Source: Eledone cirrhosa
Lineage: Eukaryota
Assembly (NCBI GenBank): GCA_964016885.1
Contig: OZ024741.1
Coordinates: 110,980,001 to 111,044,000, forward strand
Reading direction: 5' to 3'
DNA length: 64,000 bases
Made by a program: the position numbers and the translations under genes. Shown piece after piece: positions 24,698 to 36,800 of the stretch. Below the pieces are notes generated by a model. That model was not told the DNA's origin, did not search any database, and saw only the letters and a program-made list of their open reading frames with translations. Each line of letters begins with the position of its first letter. Position 1 is the stretch's first letter.

Positions 24698-24890
24698 ATA
24701 TACAAAATTAGGTAAAATTCACATTTTCATCTGTTGAATACATACATTTCGCTGTGGGATAATTTGTGCTGTTCGTCAGTCTGACAGATTTCATTCCAAT
24801 ATGCCGGACTGACAAGCTGTGGAAATTATTCCACGACAAATTGTGTATATTCAACAGATGAAAATGTGATTTTAACCTAATTTTGCATAT
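24698..24890. repeat. Inverted repeat carrying a hammerhead-like motif in each arm
   Basis: Minus arm: CTGACGA...cccacagc-GAAA-tgtatg-TA-ttcaaca. Plus arm: CTGACAA-gctgtgga..ccacga-caaa..ta-ttcaaca. Confidence 0.7.
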
Positions 24891-24904
24891 ATATATATAT
24901 CCAA

Positions 24905-25640
24905 AAGCTGGTTTTGTACTGAGAAGGATTCGCACGTGGTGGAGTCACATGTGGTTATTCGGTTTTGTATTGAGAAGTGTCCATTGCATGGAGACGGCCT
25001 GGCTCCGAAACTGGTGTGCCGCTGTGAGAGGGATTCGGTGTGGCCAACTGGCCTGTCCCTTCTCATAGTACTGTTTCCGAAACCGTGGTTCCGCTGTGAG
25101 ATGGGTTCTGCACGGCCAACTGGCCTGTCCCTCCTCATAGTGAAGTCTCATGGCATCCAATATCTGAATTGAGGGTCTGCTGTGTGAAGGGTTTGGCGCG
25201 GCCAACTGGTCTGTCCCTCCTCATAGCGGTGCCATCCAGTCTCAGGCTGCCAGAGTCTGGTTTCGTATTGAGAAGTGTCCGTTGCATGGAGAGTGCCCAG
25301 CTTTGAAACAGGGGTGTCACGTGGCCAACTGGCCTGTCCCTTCACATAGTGGCACCATCCAACGCCAGGCTCCCCACACCTGTCCCTCCTCCAGTACCAG
25401 GCCCCAAGACTGTGGTAACATTATGTGATGGGTTTCACGTGGCCGACTGGCCACCCCTCCTCATAGCGGTGCCACCCAGTACTGGGACCCACAACTGTGG
25501 CTGTGCTGTGAGATGGGTTAGGCTCCTTGTATCAGTGCCATCCTGTACCAGGCTCCAAAACTATGGTTCCATTGTGAGACAGGTTGGGCTCCGAGAACAT
25601 GGTTTTGTTGTGAGATAGGTTCCTCATAACGGAGCCATCC
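24905..25640 (+). repeat. Imperfect GC-rich minisatellite
   Basis: Core gtggccaactggcctgtccctcctcatag recurs near 25039, 25112, 25198, 25321 and 25439 with variable spacers. Confidence 0.75.
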
Positions 25641-25869
25641 AGTTCCACACTGTAAACATGTTTGGTGTTAGGAAGGGCATCCAGCTATAAAATACTCAGC
25701 CAAACTTACAGTCCCCACCAGAGCAAGGTGCAACACATGGTCAACACTGGCCAGACTTGCTTCCCAGCATGGATGACTCATCTAACCCATACAAGTGTGG
25801 AAAAATTGACATTAAACGGAAATGATGATATGTACATATATGTTGACAAGGTTATAGTATCATCTATAA

Positions 25870-26056
25870 CAGACATGTCAAATTGAGGCTCCCCAGAGGG
25901 CCACATGGGTCACATATGTGCTGTCTGAGGGCCACACATGACAACTAATTGCACACATTAAAACTAATTTTACAAAGATAAAATATGCTCGTGCTGTAAA
26001 AAACTTTGTGCAGGCTGCAGGTGTGCTTGCAAAGGGCTGCATGTTTGATATGCCTG
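25870..26056. mobile_element. hAT-type MITE with 8-bp TSD
   Basis: TIR cagacatgtcaaat / gtttgatatgcctg; TSD atctataa at 25862-25869 and 26057-26064. Confidence 0.8.
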
Positions 26057-26701
26057 ATCTATAATCTCTCTTGCACACATTACGCACTCAATGAAGTATG
26101 AAGTGAACTTTTATCGAACAAAACCAGTCTCAATGTGCTAACCAAGTGGATGTTTGCAATGTGGCATATGCACCTTATTCGGCTTGGTCCTAGGGTTCTG
26201 CAAATGCAGAAAGTAACTGCATTGGTTTTAGCAGCAAACAATGACATATGGAGAGAGAGAACGAAGGATGGATTTTCGCTTCAGCCCTGTGAATGTGATA
26301 GAACTACTAGCATGATATATATATATATACTATGTTAAGGTATCAAAACATAAATAATGTGTATGATGATTATGTTTCTCAATAAAAAAGCTCTAGACCT
26401 TGGCCCAGAGCATCAATAATTCAAATTGAAAGATATATGTATATAGAGAGAAAGAGCCATATATCATTTGAGAAATACAGTATTTTGTACACATATAAAG
26501 CACATAATATTCAGGAAAAAGAATATACTCTATGGTGAAACAGCCACAAACTAATCATCTTTAAACATGTCCCACACTGCACAAAACACATAATGCCACT
26601 GTTGTAACTGATTATACATATCTACAGACTGATCACTCAAAACCTTTGGATATTTATACCAAGTTTGTATTACAATAGCAATAATAATAATGTTTTATAG
26701 T

Positions 26702-26830
26702 CTGAAAACGGAGGGAAAATGGTACAACCATTACCCAGATGCAGTAACAGGAGGCGAGAATGTAACAATCATCTGAAATTTCCTTGTGAATACTGACAAA
26801 ACAATTAAGGCCAACAGACTGTATAATGGT
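26702..26830 (+). mobile_element. R4/Dong-like RLE LINE endonuclease fragment
   Basis: Translation KWYNHYPDAVTGGENVTII*NFLVNTDKTIKANR resembles the R4-type KWYxH.P....(W)DF...TD..I.ANRPD motif. Confidence 0.55.
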
Positions 26831-27109
26831 ATGTATACTCTCTGATCAATATCTCAGGGGAATTTCCATTACCCTTTTGGGATCAATTGTTGGTAAGTCT
26901 TTTTGAAAATGCAAATTCTTTTATCCCTTATTTTACTGGTTTCAGTCATTGTGACAATGAGCCTCCAACGGTTTTTACTAGATTATATTTTATCGATCAG
27001 TGTTTGTCAAACTGCTAAGTTATGGGATGGAATAGAATACAACATAAACACCAGCATCAGTAAAAACATACACAGATACACACATATATATATAGGGTAA
27101 TGAATGACA

Positions 27110-27350
27110 GTGGAATTTGCTTCTAGAATGTTCCCCCTCAGAGACACAAGCCCGAGCACGTTTTTTTTTGTAAGGGAAAGGCAAAGGCCAATACAGCTAA
27201 GCACCAGTGACATCACAACTCATTTCTACAGCTGAGTGAACTGGAACAACATAAAATAAAGTGTCTTGCTCAAGGACACAATGCAGCACCCAGTCCGAGA
27301 ATCAAACTCACAACCACAAGATTGTGAATCCATCCATTGCTCCAACCACA
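27110..27350 (-). mobile_element. CORE-like SINE (older copy)
   Basis: Reverse complement has gagtttgattctc and ttgtgtccttgagcaagacac...ttcactcagctgtagaaatgag. Confidence 0.7.
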
Positions 27351-27775
27351 AAGCCACAGTCTATCCATATATATATATGGATAGACTGTGGCTTTGTGGT
27401 TGGAGCAATATATATATGTATATGTGTGTGTGTGTGTGTGTATGAATGTACACTGCACTTTTGTACAGATTTTGTCTCCCAAATTCTACTGACAAGGAAT
27501 TGGGCAATATGAAGTTATATAGTGAAGATACTTGCCCAAGGTGCTACACAGTGTGTTCAAACCTAGGACTGTAGGTACCAAGCAAATATCTTCACCACAC
27601 AACCAGAAGTTCACCTTACATATACTACAAAAAAAAAACCCACCTAAAGCCATCACTGGTTCTATGAACACAAAACTTTGTGCCAAAGTGTTTATATTTA
27701 TTCAAAAACCTTCTCTCAGAATTTTATGTAAGAACCTTTGATATATTATGTTTCAAATACGATCTTCATAATTAT

Positions 27776-28560
27776 TTGATCCAGATCGGATCAAACCAGA
27801 TTTGACCAGATCAGATCGAGATCAAGCTGGATTGGATCAGACTGGATCCAACCAGCATATATACATATATAAACCCTGATCCAACCGGATTGGGCCAGAT
27901 TGGACCAGAGCAGAGCGAATTGGATCGGACCAGACTAGGTTGGATCAAACCAGACTGGATCAGACAGGAGGGATAAAATTGGATCAAATCAAGCTGTATC
28001 AGATCAGACCGGATTGGATCTGTCCAGATCAGATCGGGATCAGGCTGATTGGATTGCTCAAGACCAGGTTGGATAGACCAGAATATATACACATAGAATG
28101 GCCTGATCTGGTCCAATTCTGATCAGACTGGATCGGGCCAGAGCAGACCAGATCAGACTAGACCATTGGATCAGATCAGATTGGAGTGATCAAACCGGAT
28201 CAGATAAGACTAGATCAGGTCAAATCAGATCGGATCAAACTGGATTGGATTGGATCAAACTTGATCGGACCAGACTGGATTAGATTGAGATCAGGCTGGA
28301 TTGGATTGCTTTGGACCAGATTGGGTTGGATCAGACTGGATCAGACCAGATTGGATCAGACTGGATCAGATTTGATTGCTTTGGACAAGATTGAACCAAA
28401 TTGGATCAGCTTGTACCGGAACAAAATGGTCTGGATTGGATCAAAATGGTTCAGGTCAGATGAGACTGTATTGTGCTGAGTAAGATTTGACTGGATTGAA
28501 TAGATTAATATCGGTCCAATCTGATGCAATCCAGTCTGATCTGATCCAGCTCAATCTGAT
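27776..28560. repeat. Degenerate pentanucleotide satellite (GGATC/AGATC/GGATT/AGACC family)
   Basis: 5-bp periodicity throughout; the last ~50 bp (28515-28560) are in inverted orientation. Confidence 0.85.
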
Positions 28561-28634
28561 AGATAAAGAGAGAAAGTCTGGGTGAGAGAGAGAATGAATT
28601 AACAGTTAAAAATGTTTTTCCTTTCTTTGATGTT

Positions 28635-28721
28635 AAAATACCCATAAGGAGAGAAAATGAGAGGCCAACAGCCACTCTGTAGTGGCTGCAAACCATTCAT
28701 TTTCTCTCCTTAGGGTATTTT
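28635..28721. repeat. 87-bp imperfect hairpin
   Basis: aaaataccc..aaggagagaaaatga..cagccact-ctgt-agtggctg..tcattttctctcctt-agggtatttt. Confidence 0.75.
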
Positions 28722-29559
28722 ATCTGAATATATAATGTGATTATCATTGTAATGATTCTGAGTTTGGATTTCAACCTTTTCAAATTTCAAAAACATCTAA
28801 ACACCTCGATAAATCATAAGATTTGTCTAAAGTTTTAATGTGATGCAGTTGTAATGAAATTGTAGTAAATCTGTGGATATTGAACTGCAGGTTAAAATAA
28901 CTATTATGAAACGTACATGTATTTAAGCCTCGCTAAAATGCAATTTTGCTCTCTTGACTTTTCTCATCGCACTCTTCTGGTCTCTGGCAGTTGAATGCCT
29001 CATTAAGTCACTGATGCAGCTAGACCAGTAAATCTGGTATGCACAAGGCAACATTTTATCCCAAACAACGTACCTGCATTTACACATTCACTCACATATT
29101 TCCAACATATCACAATATATAATCTGCAACCTCTAGCAACCTGTTAACGAAACACTCTGTTATATGAAACCTTTTATATTCTCTGGTTGTGTTATATTTT
29201 GCACATAGTGTTGTCATATACTATGAAACAAATAAAAATTAGCAGTTTGGTTTTCTTGTTGGTCTATCTCAATTCATTGTGGTTCTGATTGTTTTTCAAC
29301 AACACCAATCATCACGTCCAACATACTACAACTCAACTTCAACAACCACCAGAACAACCAACAACATAACCACTAAAATGGTAAACACAAACATACAAAG
29401 TCATGGTGCTAAACAGTCATAGTGCTGTTTTGTACTTTTCAAGAATGTCTTGCTAAAGCAGTTTCAATTGAAACTATATCACAGACACACACTCCAAGGG
29501 CAAGTGAAGACATGCTAACTTAATTACATGCCACAATAGAGGGCACTGGAGTTTCAATC

Positions 29560-29745
29560 CAACAGTTTTTGAGGCAAGCCAACACACTCACATGGCTGCA
29601 GGTGATAACAGTGCTAAGCCACTGGAATAGCTAAGCACCATCATGTGTGTCATCTAATACTTTGGTAAGGCGAGTTGCCAATGTTGACAAGAACATCATT
29701 GTCAGCAGTCCATCTCCTCCAAAGGTTTTGAATGGCACAGACGTC
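29560..29745 (-). mobile_element. Old CRE-like 3' fragment
   Basis: tttttgaggcaagccaacacactc...aggcgagttgcca...ctcctccaaaggttttgaa aligns colinearly with 34173-34350. Confidence 0.65.
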
Positions 29746-29863
29746 TCACATACTGGATGTTGTGGCAAAGGTGAGGGTCATTACATCCATAGCTGAATGG
29801 AATAAAATTCTAAAATATTAGGAATTATTGACAAACTATTTATTTCAGCCAGTGGCAGTTTAA

Positions 29864-30068
29864 CCCTTTAGCATTTAAACTGGTCATATCCGGCCAGAAT
29901 TCTCTTACCTCTTTCTATTCAAACCGGTCATAACCGGCCACTCATACCGACGTTAAAGTATTGTTCTCAAGATAAATAACATCAAAATCTCATAGATTCG
30001 ATATTATGTGAGATAAATTTTCTGTGAAAATACAATAGTAAATATAGAGTAATGTAAATACTAAAGGG
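29864..30068. mobile_element. piggyBac-like MITE (TTAA TSD)
   Basis: ttaa-ccctttagcattt...aaatactaaaggg-ttaa. Confidence 0.8.
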
Positions 30069-30297
30069 TTAAACATTTGGAGGAACTGGGCATCTGACAA
30101 TGGGGTTTGTAGCGAATAGTGTCACGTCCATGTAACTGTTAAGATGTATTCTTCGCAGGCTGAATGATAAAAAGAATGATGAAGAACTGTGATGTTGTTG
30201 ACAACATTTAGTTTATAATAGTAGAATTCAATCGTTGAATACATCGAATATTGAGTAATAAAAACGTGATACAATTATCACTACATTAATTGTTTAT

Positions 30298-30472
30298 TGG
30301 CAGTATCGGTAGAGGGTCGGACGCCATGCTTTCCAGCATAGTTACGTCCCTTTACGATCTGAGTTCAAATCCCGCCGAGGTTGACTTTGCCTTTCATCCT
30401 TACGGGGTCGATAAAATAAAGTACCATTAATGCACTGGGTAATTGCTGGCCTTGTGCCTAAAGTAGAAACAA
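30298..30472 (+). mobile_element. tRNA-derived SINE, second family, with TSD
   Basis: Near-identical to 17447-17622; flanked by attaattgttt. Confidence 0.82.
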
Positions 30473-30632
30473 TTAATTGTTTTACTAGCTACTTTGAGCT
30501 CGCGTAAATGTATGTATCAAAGAAAACGATACAGTAGAAGTTGTGTGTTGTACTTTACAAAAGTAGAGAAATGACAGGAAGCCAAAAGAATAAATAAAGT
30601 GTAGAAGGGACAATAGAAGGAAACCTACTGTG

Positions 30633-31862
30633 TCATCATCATCATCATCATCAACGTTTAACGTCCGTGTTCCACGCTTGCATGGGTTTGGACGGGGTAG
30701 TCCCACTTGAGGCAAGAATGATTGTCTTGCTCGCATAGGACTGTCTGGCAGGTTTTCTACAGTTGGATGCCCTTCCTAACACCAACCACATTTACAGTGT
30801 GGGTCTGGGAGGTTTTTACCGTGTTGCCTACACGGCCACATTACAGCGTGGACTGTGTGTTTTTTTGTCGTGACACCTACACGATCTCATTTGTTTCGGC
30901 CTGGATGGCGCGGCACCAACATAACTTTACATAGAACGGGGTGGTGGGGGTGGGACGGGGTGTATTTTGTTAGAGATGCCTACTAGCTGTAGTAGGTTTT
31001 ACTATGTATTTAGGTAAGGCGGGTCTTCTCTGTTACTGAGTACCGCCAAAGGTCTCGGTCCAGTGACATTGTCTTGGAGAGGTGTAAGTGTGTGAGGTCG
31101 GAGTTTATCAGCTCGTCCCAGGTTTTTCTAGGTCTGCCTATTTCGTGGCTACCGTCTATCTTTATTGCCCTGCACTTTGTTATACAGCTATCGACTTTCA
31201 TGCGCGTCACGTGTCCATACCAACGTAGCCTTCTCTCGAGTAAACAACATCTGATCCCTCTTATTTCTAATTTTTTCCTTAGTTCGTTTATGCTTTGCCG
31301 TTCACGTATATTACTGTTACACATCCAGCGGAGCATGCAAGCTTCGTTCCTCTCTAGTCTGCATATATCCTCTGCACACAATGCCCAGGTCTCACTGCCA
31401 TGCAACATTGCTGTTCGTATGCAGGCATCGTACAACCTGCCTTTCATTTTTAGGGAGAACCCTTTAGCAGCTAATAGTGGTATAAGCTCTCTGAACTTTT
31501 TCCAACCAGTTCTGACTCTAGCTACTGTACTTTCAGAGCACCCTCCCCCACTGCTGATTTTATCGCCCAGGTAACGGAAGCTGTCCACTATTTCTATAGA
31601 ACCCTCTGCGCAATTGAAAGAGCTAGTATTTTGTGGGCACTTGCTGCTACTTATTGCACCAGAGCACCGGCCACATGTAAAATCTATGTTCTTAGTTAGC
31701 TTACCTGTGATCCCACTACATCTTTTATGCACCCATACTTTGCATTTAGGACATAAAATGGAGTTTCTACCTACGCCTTTCCTACACACCGAGCACGACC
31801 ATTTCCCAGAAGGGACCGCCGCCTTATTTTCTTTCCTACAAACTAGAACTTTAGTCTTTCCC
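30633..31862 (-). mobile_element. 5'-truncated RTE-like LINE with open RT C-terminal frame
   Basis: KTKVL...CSVCRKGVGRNSILCPKCKVWVHKRC...CGRC...FRYLGD...HGSETW...WYGHV...GRPRKTW, then a 3' UTR and (TGA)n tail at 30633-30652. Confidence 0.9.
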
Positions 31863-32934
31863 TAGCAAACGTGGCTTCTGTAGTAGTGGTCAGTCAATCT
31901 CTCTAATTAACTATCTGTCTGTCAAGCGAGTATAAAATGTGAGAGAGTAGTAGGTAGAAGACTGTATTCGCAAAGGGAATCCATAGTGGCCTCTATTTCT
32001 AATCGGTTTTCGAAGCACTTGTATTTATAAGAATACTATAGCTAGAAGGATGTGTATATGGTTTTTCAGACAATAATGGCCATCTGCCTATTGTCTGTCA
32101 AGTGTCTGGGATCACAGGTCAAGTGGTATATAATATTTATCATAGTTGTCTTTTGACAGGACAATGGTAAGAACACCTAACAATAGGTTTTAGAGGCGAG
32201 AATTTTTATATACGATTTTGAATCTCCACCAGGAAAAAACATAGAAGAATTAGGTTACAGGTTCTTGCTTTACTGATGTAACAAGTAACACTTGCGAGGG
32301 GACTTGGTTTTTCCAGTGCCTTACTATCACCTGCAGTAATACTGTTAGTGTGTTGGCTTGCCTCACTCCCATGTTGTGGTGTGTGATTGAGAGTGCAGAT
32401 TTCTTTATTTATCACTTATTTCCTTGTATTTACTTTTTTTTAATCAATTTCTTACTGCAAATTGTTAATTTTTTGATAATTGATGTAAACAAAATGAGTC
32501 TTTTTCAAAATTAAATAAACAAATAAATATAACAAAAAAGTAGTAAGATTTGAACTCAGAACTAAGAAAAAAATGCATGTAAGAAAAACATGTTAACATT
32601 TTTTGCTGTCTCTTCATTTCTTTAGAATAAATAGCAAATTTGTTTTTTAAACAAATAAAATTTTCAAAAACATTTTAAAGAAAAAAACCTTAAATACATT
32701 TTTAGAAAAAAAAAGAAAAACAAAAAATCATAGAAATTCAAATATAAACAAGGTGTATGTATGGTTCCGTAACTTCAGATAGAGCCGTAGGGGCACCGTA
32801 TTGACATACAGTGTTTCTTGGGCATTTAAAGCCTGGTGGAGCCCATCCCTCTCCAGGCCTGAGTACAGCAGACCTCTTCCAGAGAAGGATAGAAAGTGAG
32901 AGAGAGGAAATAAGAAAGAGATATAGAGGAAGAA

Positions 32935-33090
32935 TCCACCCCAATACTAGACTGGTACTTCTTTTACCGACTTTGAAAAGATGAAGAGCAAAGTTGACTT
33001 CAGCAGTATTTGAACTCAGAGAGCTGAGAGCCAGAATGAATACCATAAAGCATTCTGTCTGACATTCTAAAGACTCTGCCAATTTGCTGC
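32935..33090 (-). mobile_element. Degenerate SINE, second family
   Basis: Reverse complement reads ggcagagtctttag...ctgagttcaaatactgctgaagtcaactttgctcttcatc. Confidence 0.6.
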
Positions 33091-33820
33091 CTTTTAAACA
33101 AGATACATTATGTAAAAATAATTATCTTTTATTAAAAACATGATAATGTAAGAGGAAGTAGGAGATGTTTGTACTTTGGAATTCAGGCCTTTGAAAAACA
33201 AAAGGAAACCAAATTGATATACAAATAGAAAAATAGATTAAATAATAAATTAATGAAAAATTTTTTTTTTAATTATCAACTTTGCAGGTAGAAATGATTA
33301 ATAGAAAAAATATTTATAATTTGTAATGTCAGTGAATGGGTTGAAAGAAATTTCGAGTGTAGAGATAGTTATGTCTGTCTGAAAGATATGTCTCACGTTT
33401 AATCTGCAGGTGGTATTACTGAGAGGAATAGCAGAGTAACTAGGGAAGCAAGATACATACAGGCAAAGGATTGGTGTAGATAAGGTTAGTGATAAATTGA
33501 GGTAGAACTAAGCTAAAAGTACACATCAACAAGAACAACAACATATTGGGGATGTTATTTACGTTTGTTGTTGTTGATGATGATGCTGATGATCTGATTG
33601 TTATTGTTGGATAGTTCTGTCATATACTGGATAGGGTAAGTAACTGCTGCCACTTCTACTACCACCATCACCACAACCAACACCTCCACCAACACTCTCT
33701 CTGTCCTGCTTCAGAAGAGTTATGATGTAGCAACTCTCTGGTGGCGTGAGGTGGGGAGTTCAACGAGCTAGAAATAGCAGCCACACAAACTTCCAAATGA
33801 AGCAATACCAGTTGTAAATT

Positions 33821-36800
33821 TTTTTTTTTTTTTTTTTTTTCTAAAGACAAATTTATTCAGTAATGAAATTATCATCTTCAATTAAATAACATAAATACAT
33901 TACAAATAGTTTGCAATTCTTTCAGAATGAAAATATAAGCAGAGCATATAAATAAATTTACAGTAGAATAACATAACAAATATGTTTTAAATATATACAT
34001 AAATAACATTACAAATGCTTAGATAACATTATAAATTGCTCGTGATTCTTTCAGAAAGATATATTCTTTTAATGTTACAATATTAAAGAAAATGTAAAGG
34101 AAGGGGTGAACAACCGAGCCAACACCAGAGCAAAAGACAGCAGCAAGGGGTACTGGGCAACCTCTCTAATGATTTTTGAGGCAAGCCAGCACACTCGCAG
34201 CGTTGCCACGGGTGATGGCGAGGCTGATGCGCCGAAACAGCCAAGCGCCCTTGCGAGATTCGCCAGTTATCTCTATTAGGCGAGCCGCCAGTGAAGAGAG
34301 GAACCTCGCAGTCAGCGGCCCGACTCCCCCAAACGTCTCGAAAGCCACAGGCTGAAAAATGTAGCTGGCCGACAGATCAGAGAATTTGAGGGTCCTACTC
34401 CACTCGGCTGCGGAAGCTGTGGCTCTCGTCCTAACCGCAGGATCCAGGATGTGGGAAAGAGCAAAAGAGTCACTAACAGTGACGTCCCAGACAAGGCACC
34501 TGCCTCTCAACCAGGGACACAGGGTAAGGCCGTCATTTATGGACAACCCAGATGGTTCCAAGACTGAGGGGATATTCGCCCGGGCCAAAACTCTCTTGAG
34601 AATGAGGTTTCGCTCCGTGTGACGTGCGAAGCGGCCGGCATTCAGGCGGCAAGAAAGACCGTGGAGGCCTGTAAAGTCGAGGAGTTTTCGCATCGGCACC
34701 TCAAACCAATGCAGATGTCAGCTCCCACTCTGAGGGTAATGGAGACACGAAGTTCGTCCAGGCTGAGTAGGCCACCAACGTTGGCCACGGGTAGGACATC
34801 GACCCAGTCGCCTGAGTATTTGGCGCTGGCAGATAGTAAGCGGCACCTTGCAAACTGATCTGACTGGACGAAGAGGGAGTTGAAGGTGGCTTTCGAACTT
34901 ATGTTGTCCCAAGTTCTCTGACTTCGAGTGTCCTCCACCTTCTCAGGAAGAGACAAGCCCAACTAACTCCATTGCTGGAGAGCTTCACCCAACTCCCTAT
35001 TGGAGGATGCTGCTCACCAGGGTGGAGCAAGCATGGGTGGAGGAAAGGAAGCAGGGGAGAGAGAGGGACGAACACTTACGAAGACCAAGACCCCCAAATC
35101 ACTTGAGCAACGCAGCCTGATCACGTGACTCCAGAGAGAGTCTAACATTGACCAGGCACTCGAGTCTCTCGAAGATTAGGTCGTCGAAGCGTTGGAGGCA
35201 GGACGGAAATCTGTGAGAGGGGCTCACCCTGAGCAAATACAGAAGCTTAGGAATAGACAGGTAGTTCCTGAGTATGAAGAAACCTTGATAGGGTTCGATA
35301 ACTTCAATATTCTTCAGCAGCTGCTCAAGGCCAACCATCTTCGATTGGAAGATTGACTCGAAGGCAAGGTCTGTGATTGGGGCTCCTAAGGAGCACCAAG
35401 CTGAAGGGGGAGGGACCGCGATGGAGGAAAGGACTCTGCAAACAGGTCGATCAGCTGTTGGTGTTGAGAAGCTGGGTGGTTGAGGATCCAGAGCTCACAT
35501 TTGGAGCTATTGACCGGCGGCCAAGCTCCTCTACCATCTTGTTGGCAGTGGCGAGAACCATATCCGCAGTTCCCTCCAAATAGGCGGCGTCGAGGTACCA
35601 GACATTGAGGTCCAACTCTACCCCCATCTTGGTGACGTCATCAATGCCCAGTGCAAACAGAGCAGGACCGAGTGGGTCACCCTGCTGGACTCCTGAGGCA
35701 GAGGTGATGATCTGGTCACCGAAAGAGAGGTATGAGGGCTCCCGATAAGCCTGCCAAGCAGAGTTGTGGGACCCTCTCTCTTACTGAGCCCAGGACGATG
35801 TCACGGCTGACGGAGTTGAAGGCATTCTTGAGGTCAAGTTTGAGGATGACCTTGGGGGACGAGGAGGGCAAGTTGGTAAATGCTCTGGTAACGTGGACAA
35901 CAGCCTCACATCCCAACCTGGTACCCACCCCCAGCTGGATGAGGGAAAATTCCTCCACCAGTGAGTCGGAGACCAACAGCAAACACGCCTTTCCAGTGAG
36001 GCGGCGAAGAGTGTAGCCAACCGCAATGGGGCGCAGGTCCCCGTTGGGCTTGGTGAGACCAAATAGCTTCACACCGAAGAACAGTGGGCGGACGAACGGG
36101 AGAACGTTCACTGAAGAGTACTGATTCACAAACTGAGTCAGACTCTCCAAGAGCTCGAGTCCGGCATCACCAGCCGATAAGGAGATACCATCCTTGAGGT
36201 GTTGAGGACGAAGGCCGTCAATTCCCGTGCCTGACCGAGCGGGGAAGGATGAAATCGCCTTTCTGATGATATCGGTGATGTAAACCGGTTTCGAGTATTC
36301 TGGTGGTTCGAGCCAGTATAGCTGATCATCTGGGGATGCCGATGGGTGCTTCTCTTTCAGACGCTCAAGAGATCCGAGTTGCACGGAGTAAGGGAGAACA
36401 GAAAAGAGAGGAGACGGACAGCCCCTTTAATGTCAAATTCGCTGAATTTGGCATTGACCGCTTGCTTGAGATCTACCAGTTGTCTGTTGGTGGACACCGA
36501 GCTCGGTGTCGAACTGAGATGAGACATGGTTGGAGTGGACTCAAATAGCTGGAACTACCGCTTGAGAGAGGACGTGAGGGAACCCGAATTCGCATTGTGC
36601 ACGTGATGAGAAATGAGGGAAAACAAAAAGAATTGGTGACATTTAATTGTCTGTAGGTGACATTTAATTGTCTGTAAGTACCGGCTAGTGCGGGCACAGA
36701 GAGCGCAATCAGGTGGTGGGTTGGCAGCAGCTGGCAGTAGAGGGCCAGCGTTGGAATTTCGTGGAGGGAATGAGTCAGTAAAGGAGACAGCAGTGCTTCT

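Noticed and set aside
24905-25640. CRISPR-like repeat-spacer array
   Set aside because: The spacers are related to each other and irregular in length, and the repeats are degenerate; this is a minisatellite.
26701-26892. Possible host exon (ttttatag ... gtaagt)
   Set aside because: The frames contain stops, and the best frame resembles an R4/Dong endonuclease remnant.
27811-28479. ORFs rich in D/Q/I/R/W
   Set aside because: They are by-products of the pentamer repeat.
28635-28721. Functional hammerhead in the hairpin
   Set aside because: A stem II-like hairpin is present but both core strands are non-canonical; kept only as a hairpin.
32745-32890. GC-richer island as a possible exon
   Set aside because: No recognisable protein motif or convincing splice pair.
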